From Arthrobacter sp. (GTDB lineage Bacteria > Actinomycetota > Actinomycetes > Actinomycetales > Micrococcaceae): 49,770 nt of DNA. Of the stretch, positions 33,470-43,059 are shown one piece after another (position 1 is the stretch's first letter; the number at the start of each line of letters is the position of its first letter). The stretch covers positions 1-49,770 of the forward strand of contig JASLBS010000163.1 in NCBI GenBank assembly GCA_030146405.1, given 5' to 3'. The notes under the pieces were generated by a model. The model was not told where the DNA came from, ran no database searches, and saw only the letters and a list, made by a program, of their open reading frames with translations. Both the position numbers and the translations under genes were made by a program.

Positions 33470-34069
33470 GTGGAACAACGCAGAATCCGGCTAGCAGCAG
33501 TGGGCGACGAACTCCTTGCGGGGCTCGGTGATCCTCGGGCGCTCGGCTGGCTGGGACGCGTCATGGCCCGCACCCGCCCCGACAATGCCTCGGTGCAGGC
33601 GTTCTCCCTCGCAGCACCGGACGAGGGTACCGAAGCACTGGCGAACCGTTGGTTGCAGGAGGCGGGCCGCCGGTTCGCGGACGGCTTCGAGAACCGCCTG
33701 GTGATCGGGCTCTCGGACCGGGACCTCGACCTGGAACTCTCCACGGCCCGGAGTCGCCTCAACCTGGCGAACATCCTCGACGGTGCTGCTCACATGAGCG
33801 TCAAGGTACTCGTGGTGGGCCCACCGCCCGGATTGGATGCTGAGCGCAACCGGCGTCTCGCCGATCTCTCCGCAGCTTTCGGGGACGTGACCACGCGCCG
33901 CAAGCACGTCTTCGTGGACACCTTCACGCCTCTCCTCGCCCACGAGCAGTGGCGTCATGACCTCGCTGCCAACGGTGGAACCCCCGGGCAGGCCGGGTAC
34001 GGCCTGATGGCCTGGCTGGTCCTGCATCGAGGATGGTTCCAGTGGCTCGACATGCCGGCGCCAGAGTAA
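33470..34069 (+). CDS. SGNH/GDSL-like protein lacking canonical catalytic residues
   Basis: AVGDELLAGLGDP, SRLNLANILD, LVVGPPP, GTPGQAGY. Confidence 0.8.
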   Translation: MEQRRIRLAAVGDELLAGLGDPRALGWLGRVMARTRPDNASVQAFSLAAPDEGTEALANRWLQEAGRRFADGFENRLVIGLSDRDLDLELSTARSRLNLANILDGAAHMSVKVLVVGPPPGLDAERNRRLADLSAAFGDVTTRRKHVFVDTFTPLLAHEQWRHDLAANGGTPGQAGYGLMAWLVLHRGWFQWLDMPAPE

Positions 34070-34084
34070 CCGATCGGAGATCAG

Positions 34085-34123
34085 GAAGACCCCGCAGACA
34101 CGCCGTCCGCTGGGTCTTCTTCT
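34085..34123 (+). terminator. Probable terminator hairpin
   Basis: GAAGACCC...GGGTCTTC followed by TTCT. Confidence 0.5.
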
Positions 34124-34219
34124 CGGCCCTGAGTCCTTTCATTTCCACCACGTAACAGTTGGGTTATCACTGGTTCACTGAGTGACCGAAGGCAACAATC
34201 GTTCGCTATGCTGTCGGAA

Positions 34220-34235
34220 TGTGATTCGGATCACC
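34220..34235. promoter_or_regulatory. CRP/GlxR-like site TGTGA-N6-TCACC
   Basis: TGTGATTCGGATCACC, 9/10 match to TGTGA-N6-TCACA, just downstream of the TATGCT -10 (34207-34212). Confidence 0.6.
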
Positions 34236-34298
34236 CGCCGGATCACGTCTCGAGGGGCTTCTTGCACCTCTCGCGCCCAGCACAGTTAGGACTATCGA

Positions 34299-36062
34299 AT
34301 GCGTAACAAGCGCACCATCTCGCTCGCCGCCCTCTCCATCGGAGCACTCATGCTGAGCGCCTGCGGATCAGCCGGCGGCACCGCGAACGACTCCCCGTCC
34401 GAGGACGCGGGTGCGGACCTCGCCACCACGATCAACATCGCAATCAGCCAGGCTCCTACCGGCTTCAACGGCAACACCTCCAGCACGAACTCGGTCTACA
34501 ACACCTACATCGACAACCTCACCTCGAGCGGGTTCGCAGCCTTCGCCGCCAACGGCAATCTCGAGCCGAACACGGAGTTCGGTTCCTACGAGAAGATCAG
34601 CGATGATCCGCTGACCGTCCGATACACCATCAATGAGGATGCCGTGTGGTCCGACGGCGTGCCGATCGACTACGACGACGTCCTGCTGGCCTGGGCCGCG
34701 ATGTCAGGCACTCACCCCACCGACGACGACGCCGATCTCTTCCTCGCCTCCTCCACCAACGGCTTCGCGCAGATGGAGATGATCGAGGGCGAGCCGGGCG
34801 ACAAGGAGTTCGAGACGGTCTTCAGTGAGCCCTATGCCGACTGGGAAGCACTGTTCACCACCGGTACCTTCATGCCGGCGCACATCGCCGCCGAGCAGGG
34901 CGGCCTTTCCACCGACGACAACGGCGCGGCACTCATCGAGGCCATCAAAGCCGACGACCGCGATGCTCTCACGCCGGTCGCCGAGTTCTGGAACTCCGGC
35001 TGGAACTACCAGGTGGACCTTCCGAGCCTGCCGGACGCAGCGCTCCTGCCCACCTCCGGCCCGTACTCCTACGTCAACGCCGTCAACGGCACCCTGACCC
35101 TCGAGAAGAACGAGCAGTACTGGGGTGAGGAGCGCGCAGGCCAGACCGACAGTATCGTCTTCAAGACCATCGTCGACGAGGAGGCCGTCCAGGCCCTCGA
35201 GAACGGTGACGTCGACATCATCGAGCCGTCCAGCCCCACCGTGGATACCAAGGCGGCCCTCGAGCAGATCGGTGAGACCGTCACGGTGGACACCGGGCAG
35301 TCGCTCACGTTCTCCCACGTGGACCTCGACCAGCGTCCCGGCGCCGTGTTCGAGGACCTGCTCGTGCGCCAGGCGTTCGCCGCCTGCATGCCGCGGGCCG
35401 ACATGGTGGACAAGTTCGTGACTCCGGTCGATCCCGAGGGGACGGTCATGAACCTGCACGAGTACCAGCCCGCCCAGGACGACTACCAGACGGTCCTCGA
35501 CGGCGCTCCTGCAGCCCAGGGTGACGGCGAAGCAGACATCGAGCGTGCTCGCGAGCTGCTGGACGAGGCCGGTAAGACCGATCCCGTCCGCGTCTCCATG
35601 ATGCACGCCTCCACGAGCCAGCTGCGCGCCGACCAGGTGGCCCTGGTCAAGGACTCCTGCGACCAGGCCGGCTTCGAGATCGTCGCCCAGCCCGAGGCCG
35701 AGTGGAGCGCCAAGCTCTCCCAGCCCGGCGCCTGGGACGCCGTCGTGTTCGGCTGGGCCGGCTCGGGCCTCGTGGCCTCCGGCCAGTCGATCTACATCAC
35801 CGGCGGTGAGCAGAACTACGGCGGGTACACCGATTCCGAGGTGGACCGCCTGTGGAACGAAATCGTGACCACCACGGACTCCGACGAGGTCATCCCGCTG
35901 AAGACGGAGCTCGAGCAGCGCCTCGCCGAGACGCAGTACAACGTGGTGCTCTACGCCAACCCGAACATCGCCGGCTACTCCTCCAAGCTGCAGGGCGTCG
36001 AGCTGAACCCCACGCAGACCGGCATCACCTGGAACGCCTACAGCTGGACCAAGCAGAACTGA
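34299..36062 (+). CDS. Peptide/nickel-type (family 5) ABC substrate-binding lipoprotein
   Basis: LSAC lipobox, WSDGVPI, SGPY, VRQAFA, NYGGY. Confidence 0.92.
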   Translation: MRNKRTISLAALSIGALMLSACGSAGGTANDSPSEDAGADLATTINIAISQAPTGFNGNTSSTNSVYNTYIDNLTSSGFAAFAANGNLEPNTEFGSYEKISDDPLTVRYTINEDAVWSDGVPIDYDDVLLAWAAMSGTHPTDDDADLFLASSTNGFAQMEMIEGEPGDKEFETVFSEPYADWEALFTTGTFMPAHIAAEQGGLSTDDNGAALIEAIKADDRDALTPVAEFWNSGWNYQVDLPSLPDAALLPTSGPYSYVNAVNGTLTLEKNEQYWGEERAGQTDSIVFKTIVDEEAVQALENGDVDIIEPSSPTVDTKAALEQIGETVTVDTGQSLTFSHVDLDQRPGAVFEDLLVRQAFAACMPRADMVDKFVTPVDPEGTVMNLHEYQPAQDDYQTVLDGAPAAQGDGEADIERARELLDEAGKTDPVRVSMMHASTSQLRADQVALVKDSCDQAGFEIVAQPEAEWSAKLSQPGAWDAVVFGWAGSGLVASGQSIYITGGEQNYGGYTDSEVDRLWNEIVTTTDSDEVIPLKTELEQRLAETQYNVVLYANPNIAGYSSKLQGVELNPTQTGITWNAYSWTKQN

Positions 36063-36088
36063 CCGCAGTTCCCGGACAACGCATGAGA

Positions 36089-36114
36089 ACGGGCAGGCCC
36101 TCGGGCCTGCCCGT
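36089..36114 (+). terminator. Intercistronic stem-loop after the SBP gene
   Basis: ACGGGCAGGCC-CTCG-GGCCTGCCCGT, no U-tract. Confidence 0.65.
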
Positions 36115-36164
36115 CCTCGCGCCCGCCCCAGCGCTCACCTGTACTGCTTCCTAGGAGCCTTCCC

Positions 36165-37697
36165 GTGTTTCACTTCATCGCCAAGCGGACCATCATCTCG
36201 ATCTTCATCCTGTTCGCAGCGACCACCCTGATGTACTTCCTCACCATCTTCTCGGGTGACCCCTTCGAGGACCTCGGTGAGACCAGCGGCCCCGAGCGGG
36301 CCGCCACCATAGCGGCCCGGACCGCGGCCATGAACCTGGACGTGGCACCGATTCCCCGCTACTTCCTCTGGTTGCAGGACGTCGGCGGATGTCTGATCCC
36401 CGGTGGGGACCCCTGCACCCTCGGCCAGGACCGCACCGGCGCCGCAGTACTTCCCCAGCTCCAGAACGCCATGGGCTCGACGCTGCGCCTCGTGGTCGTC
36501 GCCACCGTCCTCGCCCTGGTGCTCGGCGTGATCGTCGGCATCGTCACGGCGATCCGCCAGTACACCACCTTCGACTACTCGATCACCTTCATCTCGTTCG
36601 TCCTGTTCTCCCTGCCCCTGTTCTGGCTCTCGACCCTGCTCAAGCAGTACCTCGCGATCGACCTGAACACGTGGCTGGCGAATCCGCAGTTCTCCTATCT
36701 GACGATCGCCCTGATCGGGGTGGTCGCCGGCGTGGTCTGGGCCCTCGTGATCGGCGGGGACCGACGCCGCAGAGCGCTCGTCTTCGCCGTCGCCGCCGTC
36801 GCCACCGCACTGGCCCTGTACCTGCTCCTCGTCACAGGCTGGTTCGTGAACCCGGGCTTCGGGGTGGTGGGCATGTTCGTCTCCGCCGCAGGAGTCGCTG
36901 TGCTGTGGACGGCTCTGCTGACGGGATTCCGGCGTCGCCGGATCCTGAACGCAGCACTCGCCGCAGGCGGTGTGGGTTTCCTCGCCTACCTGATCTCCCT
37001 ACCCCTTCTCGCCGACCCGCACTGGCTGCTGGTGGTGGGCCTGCTCGGCGTCACCGTCGTGGTCGCCTACGTCGTCGCCGGTGTCATCGGCGGACCCTTC
37101 CGGGCGCAGGCCGCGAGGCTCGGTGCCGTGATCGCCGTCTCCACCAGCCTCCTGCTGGTGGTGGACCGTCTCCTGCAGGCGTACCCGACTCTCTCCGCGA
37201 AATCCGGCAGCCGTCCCATCCCGACCACCGGATCGGAGACGGCCAACCTCACGGGGACCTTCTGGGAGATCAACCTCGACTACGCGCTGCACCTGGTCCT
37301 GCCGACCATCGCACTGACGCTCATCTCGTTCGCCACCTACACCCGGTACACGAGGGCCAGCCAGCTGGACGTCATGAACCAGGACTACATCCGCACCGCC
37401 CGGGCCAAGGGCCTGAGCGAGCGCACGGTGCTGGTCAAGCACGCCTTCCGCAACGCGATGATCCCCATCACCACCCTGATGGCCTTCGACTTCGCCGGCG
37501 TGCTCAGTGGAGCCGTCATCACCGAGCAGGTCTTCGGGTGGAACGGCATGGGCAACATGTTCGTCACCGGTATCAACAACGTGGACCCGGGCCCCGTCAT
37601 GGCGTTCTTCCTCGTGGTGGGAACAGCCGCCGTGCTGTTCAACATGCTCGCCGACATCGCGTACGCCTTCCTCGACCCACGCATCACCCTGAGCTAG
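36165..37697 (+). CDS. Peptide ABC permease (OppB/DppB-like) with extra TM insert
   Basis: DYIRTARAKGL EAA loop, HAFRNA, TEQVF, LDPRI. Confidence 0.92.
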   Translation: MFHFIAKRTIISIFILFAATTLMYFLTIFSGDPFEDLGETSGPERAATIAARTAAMNLDVAPIPRYFLWLQDVGGCLIPGGDPCTLGQDRTGAAVLPQLQNAMGSTLRLVVVATVLALVLGVIVGIVTAIRQYTTFDYSITFISFVLFSLPLFWLSTLLKQYLAIDLNTWLANPQFSYLTIALIGVVAGVVWALVIGGDRRRRALVFAVAAVATALALYLLLVTGWFVNPGFGVVGMFVSAAGVAVLWTALLTGFRRRRILNAALAAGGVGFLAYLISLPLLADPHWLLVVGLLGVTVVVAYVVAGVIGGPFRAQAARLGAVIAVSTSLLLVVDRLLQAYPTLSAKSGSRPIPTTGSETANLTGTFWEINLDYALHLVLPTIALTLISFATYTRYTRASQLDVMNQDYIRTARAKGLSERTVLVKHAFRNAMIPITTLMAFDFAGVLSGAVITEQVFGWNGMGNMFVTGINNVDPGPVMAFFLVVGTAAVLFNMLADIAYAFLDPRITLS

Positions 37698-37705
37698 GAC
37701 ATCCC

Positions 37706-38740
37706 ATGAGCACATCGGACAAGCGGCGGGGCGATTCCCGCGCGTCAGCAGAACTCTCGGAGCTGACCCTGCAGAGCCAGGACACCGACATCTCCGCCCA
37801 GGCGCCCACGCGGGCCCAGACCGATCGCATCCGTACCACCGAGGCCAAGAGCCAGGGTCGGCTGATCCGGGAGCGCTTCCTCCGGCACAAGGGGGCGCTG
37901 GCCGGGATCACCCTGCTGGTGGCAATCTTCCTCCTCGCCTTCACCTCCATCGGGTACGCGGGCATCCCGGGCTGGTGGGACAAGCAGTACGACGTCCTCG
38001 CGCCGCGCTTCAACGAGGGGCGTCCCACCCTGACCCTCTGGCCCTTCAGCCTGGGTGAGCACCCCTTCGGGCAGGATGTCCTCGGCCGGGACTACTTCGC
38101 CCTGACCATGCGCGGCATCCAGACCTCGCTGATCATCGCGTTCATCGTCGGCATCGTCGCCATGGTCATCGGCACCACGGTCGGCGCCGTCGCCGGGTAC
38201 TTCCGCGGCTGGACCGAGGCGGTCCTCATGCGCATCACCGACGTCGTCATCACCATCCCCACCCTGGTCATCGCAGCCGCCGTCGCAGGGATCGTGGCGC
38301 GGCACGGGATCATTCCGTTCGCAGTCTTCCTCGGACTGGTCACCTGGACCGGCCTGGCCCGGCTGGTCCGCGGCGAGTTCCTGTCACTGCGCGAGAAGGA
38401 ATTCGTCGAGTCGGCGAAGTCGGTGGGCGCGAGCTCGGCCCGTATCATCTTCCGGCACATCCTGCCCAACACGGTCGGCGTGATCATCGTGTCCACCACA
38501 CTCGCGATCTCCGGTGCGATCCTCCTCGAGACCGCCCTGAGCTTCCTCGGCCTCGGCGTCACGGCGCCCGACACCTCCCTCGGCAAGGCCATCAACGACA
38601 ACCGTGCGGCGCTGACCGTCCGGCCCTGGCTGTTCCTCTGGCCCGGAGCCTTCATCATCGGGATCGCCCTCGCCGTCAACTTCATCGGAGACGGCCTGCG
38701 CGACGCCTTCGACCCCAAGCAGACAAGGGTGAAGCAGTAA
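37706..38740 (+). CDS. Peptide ABC permease (OppC/DppC-like)
   Basis: HPFGQDVLGRD, EFVESAKSVGA, RHILPN, GDGLRDAFDP; start ATG 37706. Confidence 0.93.
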   Translation: MSTSDKRRGDSRASAELSELTLQSQDTDISAQAPTRAQTDRIRTTEAKSQGRLIRERFLRHKGALAGITLLVAIFLLAFTSIGYAGIPGWWDKQYDVLAPRFNEGRPTLTLWPFSLGEHPFGQDVLGRDYFALTMRGIQTSLIIAFIVGIVAMVIGTTVGAVAGYFRGWTEAVLMRITDVVITIPTLVIAAAVAGIVARHGIIPFAVFLGLVTWTGLARLVRGEFLSLREKEFVESAKSVGASSARIIFRHILPNTVGVIIVSTTLAISGAILLETALSFLGLGVTAPDTSLGKAINDNRAALTVRPWLFLWPGAFIIGIALAVNFIGDGLRDAFDPKQTRVKQ

Positions 38741-40524
38741 TGAATCTCAACGGTGCAACCGTCATCTCCGACGAACGGGACGTCCCGGCCGACGGCCCCA
38801 TCCTTGCTGTGCAGGGCCTGGGCGTGGAGTTCAGCGTCGACGACGAGTGGGTGATGGCCGCGGAGGACGTCTCCTACGAGATCCATCCCGGGGAGATCCT
38901 GGCGATCGTCGGTGAGTCCGGCTCCGGCAAGAGCATGTCATCCATGGCCCTGCTCGGACTGCTCCCCCGCAACGGGCGATCCACGGGCAGCGCCAGGATG
39001 CTCGGCAAGGAATTGATCGGTGCGTCGCAGAGCACGCTGCGCCGCGTCCGGGGCAAGGAGATCGCCATGATCTTCCAGGAGCCCATGACGGCGCTCAACC
39101 CGGTGCTGACCGTCGGCGAGCAGATCCGCGAGGCCGTCGAGCAGCACACCGAACTCTCCCCCGCCCAGGCGAAGAACCGTTCGATCGAGCTGCTGCGCAT
39201 GGTGGAGATCCCCGAGCCCGAACGGCGCTACGACAACTTCCCGCACCAGTTCTCCGGGGGGCAGCGCCAACGGGCCATGATCGCGATCGCCCTGGCCAAC
39301 GACCCGATGCTGCTCATCGCGGACGAGCCGACCACGGCCCTCGACGTGACGGTGCAGGCGGAGGTCCTCGACCTCCTGCGCAAGCTCAACAAGCGGCTCA
39401 ACAGCGCGGTCCTGCTGATCACGCACGACATGGGGGTGGTCGCCGACCTCGCGGACCACGTGGTCGTCATGGAGCGCGGGCGGATCGTCGAGACGGCGCC
39501 CACCGCCCAGCTCTTCTCGGACCCGCAGGAGGCCTACACGCAGCAGCTCCTCGGTTCCGTGCCCTACCTCGGCTCCAAGGTGGGCGGTGTCCTCGCCGAC
39601 GTCGAGGTGATCGACGGGCGGCTGAGCATCCACGAGGAGTACGCCGAGACGGCCCTGCGCGCCCGACAGGAGAACGCGGCGTCGGGCGTCGTCCCCGCCC
39701 TCGAGCTCACGGACGTGGACATCGAGTACCCCGGACGCTTCCGGCAGCCGGCGTTCAAGGCAGTCTCGGGAGTCTCGCTGACGATCAACCCCGGCGAGGT
39801 GATGGGGCTCGTCGGTGAGTCGGGATCGGGGAAGTCGACGATCGCCCGCGCAGTGACCGGGCTGATCCGCACCTCCGGTGGGAGGGTGAGCATCGGAGGC
39901 ACCGACATCACGAAGCTCAGTGCCCGCCAGCTGCTGCCGTTGCGCAAGAAGTTCGCGATCGTCTTCCAGGACCCCGCGGCCTCCCTCAATCCGCGCCTGT
40001 CCATCGGGGACAGCATCGGTGAGCCGATGCTGCTCCACGAGAAGTCGAGCCGCGCGGACCTGGACAAACGCGTGGCGGGTCTTCTGGAGGACGTGCAACT
40101 CCCCGTCGCGTTCCGCAACCGGTACCCGCACGAACTCTCGGGCGGCCAACGCCAGCGCGTGGGGATCGCCCGCGCCCTGTCGCTGCGGCCGGACCTGCTC
40201 GTGGCCGATGAGCCCACCTCCGCACTGGACGTTTCCGTGCAGGCGAAGGTGCTCGAACTGCTGCAGGAGCTCCAGCGGGAGCGCGGATTCGCCTGCCTGT
40301 TCGTGAGCCACGACCTCGCCGTGGTGGAACTGCTCGCCAGCCACATCGCCGTGCTGAACAAGGGCAACCTCGTGGAGCAGGGCAGCACCGAGCAGATCCT
40401 CAAGTATCCACGGGATCCGTACACGCGCCGCCTGCTGGCTGCCGCGCCCGTACCCGACCCGCAGCTCCAGTCGGTACGTCGGGAGCAACGATCGGCGATC
40501 CTCGCTGCAGGAGATGCCGGGTAG
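38740..40524 (+). CDS. Fused double-NBD peptide ABC ATPase
   Basis: Two GESGSGKS, SGGQRQR and ADEPT sets. Confidence 0.95.
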   Translation: MNLNGATVISDERDVPADGPILAVQGLGVEFSVDDEWVMAAEDVSYEIHPGEILAIVGESGSGKSMSSMALLGLLPRNGRSTGSARMLGKELIGASQSTLRRVRGKEIAMIFQEPMTALNPVLTVGEQIREAVEQHTELSPAQAKNRSIELLRMVEIPEPERRYDNFPHQFSGGQRQRAMIAIALANDPMLLIADEPTTALDVTVQAEVLDLLRKLNKRLNSAVLLITHDMGVVADLADHVVVMERGRIVETAPTAQLFSDPQEAYTQQLLGSVPYLGSKVGGVLADVEVIDGRLSIHEEYAETALRARQENAASGVVPALELTDVDIEYPGRFRQPAFKAVSGVSLTINPGEVMGLVGESGSGKSTIARAVTGLIRTSGGRVSIGGTDITKLSARQLLPLRKKFAIVFQDPAASLNPRLSIGDSIGEPMLLHEKSSRADLDKRVAGLLEDVQLPVAFRNRYPHELSGGQRQRVGIARALSLRPDLLVADEPTSALDVSVQAKVLELLQELQRERGFACLFVSHDLAVVELLASHIAVLNKGNLVEQGSTEQILKYPRDPYTRRLLAAAPVPDPQLQSVRREQRSAILAAGDAG

Positions 40525-40580
40525 CGATCGGACCGGCTCAGGAGCGCGCGATGACGGGGAGACCCGGAGAGCGGTCGTGA

Positions 40581-40628
40581 GCGGTGCCTCCGCCGGTGAG
40601 CGATGGTCGTCACCGGCGGAGGCACCGC
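40581..40628. terminator. Perfect 19-bp inverted repeat between convergent genes
   Basis: GCGGTGCCTCCGCCGGTGA-10 nt-TCACCGGCGGAGGCACCGC. Confidence 0.75.
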
Positions 40629-40637
40629 GCACCGGCA

Positions 40638-41603
40638 TCAGTGCCGGAAGACGATCTTCCCGAACACGTCGCCCTCGAGCATGCGGCGGAATCCCTCCTG
40701 CGCGTCCTCGAGCGGCAGGACGGCATCGATCACGGGACGCACTCCCGTGGCAACGAGGAAACGGGTGAGCCGCACCAGTTCCTCACGCGTGCCCATGGTG
40801 GAGCCCAGGATGCGCAGTTGCAGGAAGAACACCCGATTGAGATCCGCCGACGGTGCCGGTCCGCTCGTCGCGCCGCACGTGACGACCGTTCCACCGGGTA
40901 CCAGGGCTTTCAGCGAGTGCGCCCAGGTGGCCTCGCCCACCGAATCGAAGACCACCTCCACGCGCTCGGGCAGCTTCTCGCCGGCGTCGAAGACCTGCTC
41001 GGCGCCGAGTTCGAGCGCGCGATCCCGCTTCGCCCCGCTCCGACTCGTGGCCCATACCCGGAAACCCGCTGCGCTCGCCAGTGCGATGAGGGCGGAAGCA
41101 ACCCCGCCGCCGGCGCCCTGCACCAGGATCGTGGACCCGGGAACCGCCGGTGACACCGTGAACAGCATGCGGTAGGCCGTCAGCCACGCCGTCGGCAGGC
41201 AGGCCGCCTCCTCGAAGGAGAGCTCGGCGGGTTTGGGCACCAGGTTCCGCTCCGGGACCCACACGTGATCCGCCATGGTGCCGGGGTGTCGCTCGGACAG
41301 GAGGGTGCGACGCGGGTCGAGCGTCTCGTCCCCGCGCCAGTCGGGTGATGACATGACGCCGTGGACGATCACGTCGTTCCCGTCGTCGTCGATCCCCGCA
41401 GCGTCGCACCCGAGCACCATGGGAAGCCGCTCCTCCGCCAGCCCGACCCCTCTGAGCGACCAGAGATCGTGGTGGTTGAGCGAGGACGCCACGACGCGGA
41501 CACGGGTGAAGCCCTCCGGGGCAGCGGGAGGATCGATGTCACCGACCACCAGGCCGGCAAGAGGCGAATCCCCGGACAGACTGGCTGCATAGGCGGCACG
41601 CAT
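40638..41603 (-). CDS. MDR-superfamily (zinc-binding dehydrogenase / quinone oxidoreductase-like) protein
   Basis: SLNHHD, LGCDAAG, AWLTAYRML, QGAGGGV, FGKIV. Confidence 0.9.
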   Translation of the reverse strand: MRAAYAASLSGDSPLAGLVVGDIDPPAAPEGFTRVRVVASSLNHHDLWSLRGVGLAEERLPMVLGCDAAGIDDDGNDVIVHGVMSSPDWRGDETLDPRRTLLSERHPGTMADHVWVPERNLVPKPAELSFEEAACLPTAWLTAYRMLFTVSPAVPGSTILVQGAGGGVASALIALASAAGFRVWATSRSGAKRDRALELGAEQVFDAGEKLPERVEVVFDSVGEATWAHSLKALVPGGTVVTCGATSGPAPSADLNRVFFLQLRILGSTMGTREELVRLTRFLVATGVRPVIDAVLPLEDAQEGFRRMLEGDVFGKIVFRH

Positions 41604-41760
41604 GCACGAACTCCTTCGTCGACGGATGGTGGTCCAATCCTAGGCAGGCCCGTCACGGCGCGCCGGGCGCGACGTGCTGTTTAGGCGTGGCCCTGGGCGG
41701 TATGGGACACTTGGGTGCAGTTTCTGCACATTTCCAGTGCCAGAAGGAAGGGAGGCAGCC

Positions 41761-41835
41761 ATGAGTAAGCGAGCACGTAAGCGTCGCGACCGGAAGCGTG
41801 GAGGCGCGAACCACGGTAAGCGCCCCAACACCTGA
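41761..41835 (+). CDS. 50S ribosomal protein bL37 (24 aa)
   Basis: MSKRARKRRDRKRGGANHGKRPNT; GGAGG SD; the ANHGKRPN tail matches actinobacterial bL37. Confidence 0.92.
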   Translation: MSKRARKRRDRKRGGANHGKRPNT

Positions 41836-41860
41836 GTCCAGGCGTTATCAGCAGCAAAGG

Positions 41861-41897
41861 AAGAACCTCCGGCCCATTCGGGTTCCGGAGGTTCTTT
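41861..41897. terminator. Bidirectional terminator between bL37 and rsrA
   Basis: AAGAACCTCCGG-12 nt-CCGGAGGTTCTT. Confidence 0.8.
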
Positions 41898-41928
41898 CGT
41901 CTGCGGCATCAACCGCTCGATCGTGGCG

Positions 41929-42189
41929 TCAGTGGTCCGCGGTCTTCAACTGACTGATGCGGTCCAGGATGCTGGCCTTGAGGGTGGAGGGCGCCACCTC
42001 CGTGCAGGACCGCTTGACCACCGATCGGATGAGGCACTCGAGGTTGTGCTCCTCGGCGCACTGCGGGCAGCCGTCGAGGTGGTCCTTGATGTCCACGATG
42101 TCCTGGTGCGACAGCGCACCGTCGAGGTACTCGTAGAGGCGTTCTATCCTCGAGTCGGCGCAGTCGCCGAGGTTCTCGCAATCGCTCAT
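41929..42189 (-). CDS. rsrA: Zinc-binding redox anti-sigma factor (RsrA/RshA)
   Basis: [15 protein letters not shown] (HxxxCxxC ZAS motif), multiple Cys; overlaps the sigma stop. Confidence 0.93.
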   Translation of the reverse strand: MSDCENLGDCADSRIERLYEYLDGALSHQDIVDIKDHLDGCPQCAEEHNLECLIRSVVKRSCTEVAPSTLKASILDRISQLKTADH

Positions 42190-42986
42190 TTCTGCATCTC
42201 CTGTTCCTTGCCTCGTGCTCCTGCCGCAACCGCCGTCCTCGCTGCCGATGCGGCGCCGAGGCCCCGTTCGTGCGCGTACTCGGCGAGCAGCTCGCGCAAC
42301 AGTTTGCGGCCGCGGTGCAATCGGGACATGACCGTCCCGATCGGGGTGTTCATGATCTCGGAGATCTCCTTGTACGCGAAGCCCTCGACGTCCGAGAAGT
42401 AGACGGCGAGCCGGAAATCCTCAGGAATGGCCTGCAGCGCGCTCTTCACGTCCGAGTCCGGGAGGTGATCCAACGCCTCGGCCTCCGCCGAGCGCAGGCC
42501 CAGGGAGGTGTGCTCCGCCGCCTTGGCCAGCTGCCAGTCCTCGATCGTGTCCGAGTGCGACTGCAGGGGCTCACGCTGGCGCTTGCGGTACAGGTTGATG
42601 TAGGTGTTCGTGAGGATGCGGTAGAGCCACGCCTTGAGGTTGGTGCCCGGCTTGTACTGGTGGAACGCCGAGAACGCCTTCGTGTAGGCCTCCTGGACCA
42701 GATCCTCCGCGTCGCTGGGATTACGAGCCATCCGCATCGCTGCCGAGTAGAGCTGATCGACATACTGCATGGCGTCACGCTCGAAGCGGGCCTTGCGGTC
42801 GGCTTCGGACTCCGTCGTCACGTCCAGCTGAGCGTCTTCGGCGGGGCTGCTACCTGCGGGGGCTGTTGTATTCATCGAGCCAAAGTCTACGCGTCCGGGT
42901 GCGCGCGGGGCCGGAACCGTGGGCCGCCGCACCGAGGTCGAGAGCTGGAAATCCACTGCTTCCGCCGTCGTGGTCCGTGAGGTCAT
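42186..42986 (-). CDS. sigH: ECF sigma factor SigH/SigR (long form; alternative start 42875)
   Basis: [52 protein letters not shown]; paired with rsrA. Confidence 0.93.
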   Translation of the reverse strand: MTSRTTTAEAVDFQLSTSVRRPTVPAPRAPGRVDFGSMNTTAPAGSSPAEDAQLDVTTESEADRKARFERDAMQYVDQLYSAAMRMARNPSDAEDLVQEAYTKAFSAFHQYKPGTNLKAWLYRILTNTYINLYRKRQREPLQSHSDTIEDWQLAKAAEHTSLGLRSAEAEALDHLPDSDVKSALQAIPEDFRLAVYFSDVEGFAYKEISEIMNTPIGTVMSRLHRGRKLLRELLAEYAHERGLGAASAARTAVAAGARGKEQEMQK

Positions 42987-43032
42987 CAGTTGTGCCCTCC
43001 CCTGTCCGTTCCGTTCGTGTTCACCTCTTCTT

Positions 43033-43059
43033 CAACCCGGGTGCCGCGGGGCTTATTCC
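43033..43059 (-). promoter_or_regulatory. SigH/SigR autoregulatory promoter GGAAT-N18-GTTG
   Basis: Exact consensus on the minus strand: GGAAT 43059-43055, GTTG 43036-43033. Confidence 0.8.

Noticed and set aside
36389..37705. 783-aa ORF suggesting a giant permease or frameshift
   Set aside because: The upstream part is an alternate frame of the intact OppB-like gene; the real start is 37706 with its own SD
40581..40628. 19-bp inverted repeat as a MITE
   Set aside because: Its position between convergent genes fits a U-less bidirectional terminator; no target duplication or second copy seen
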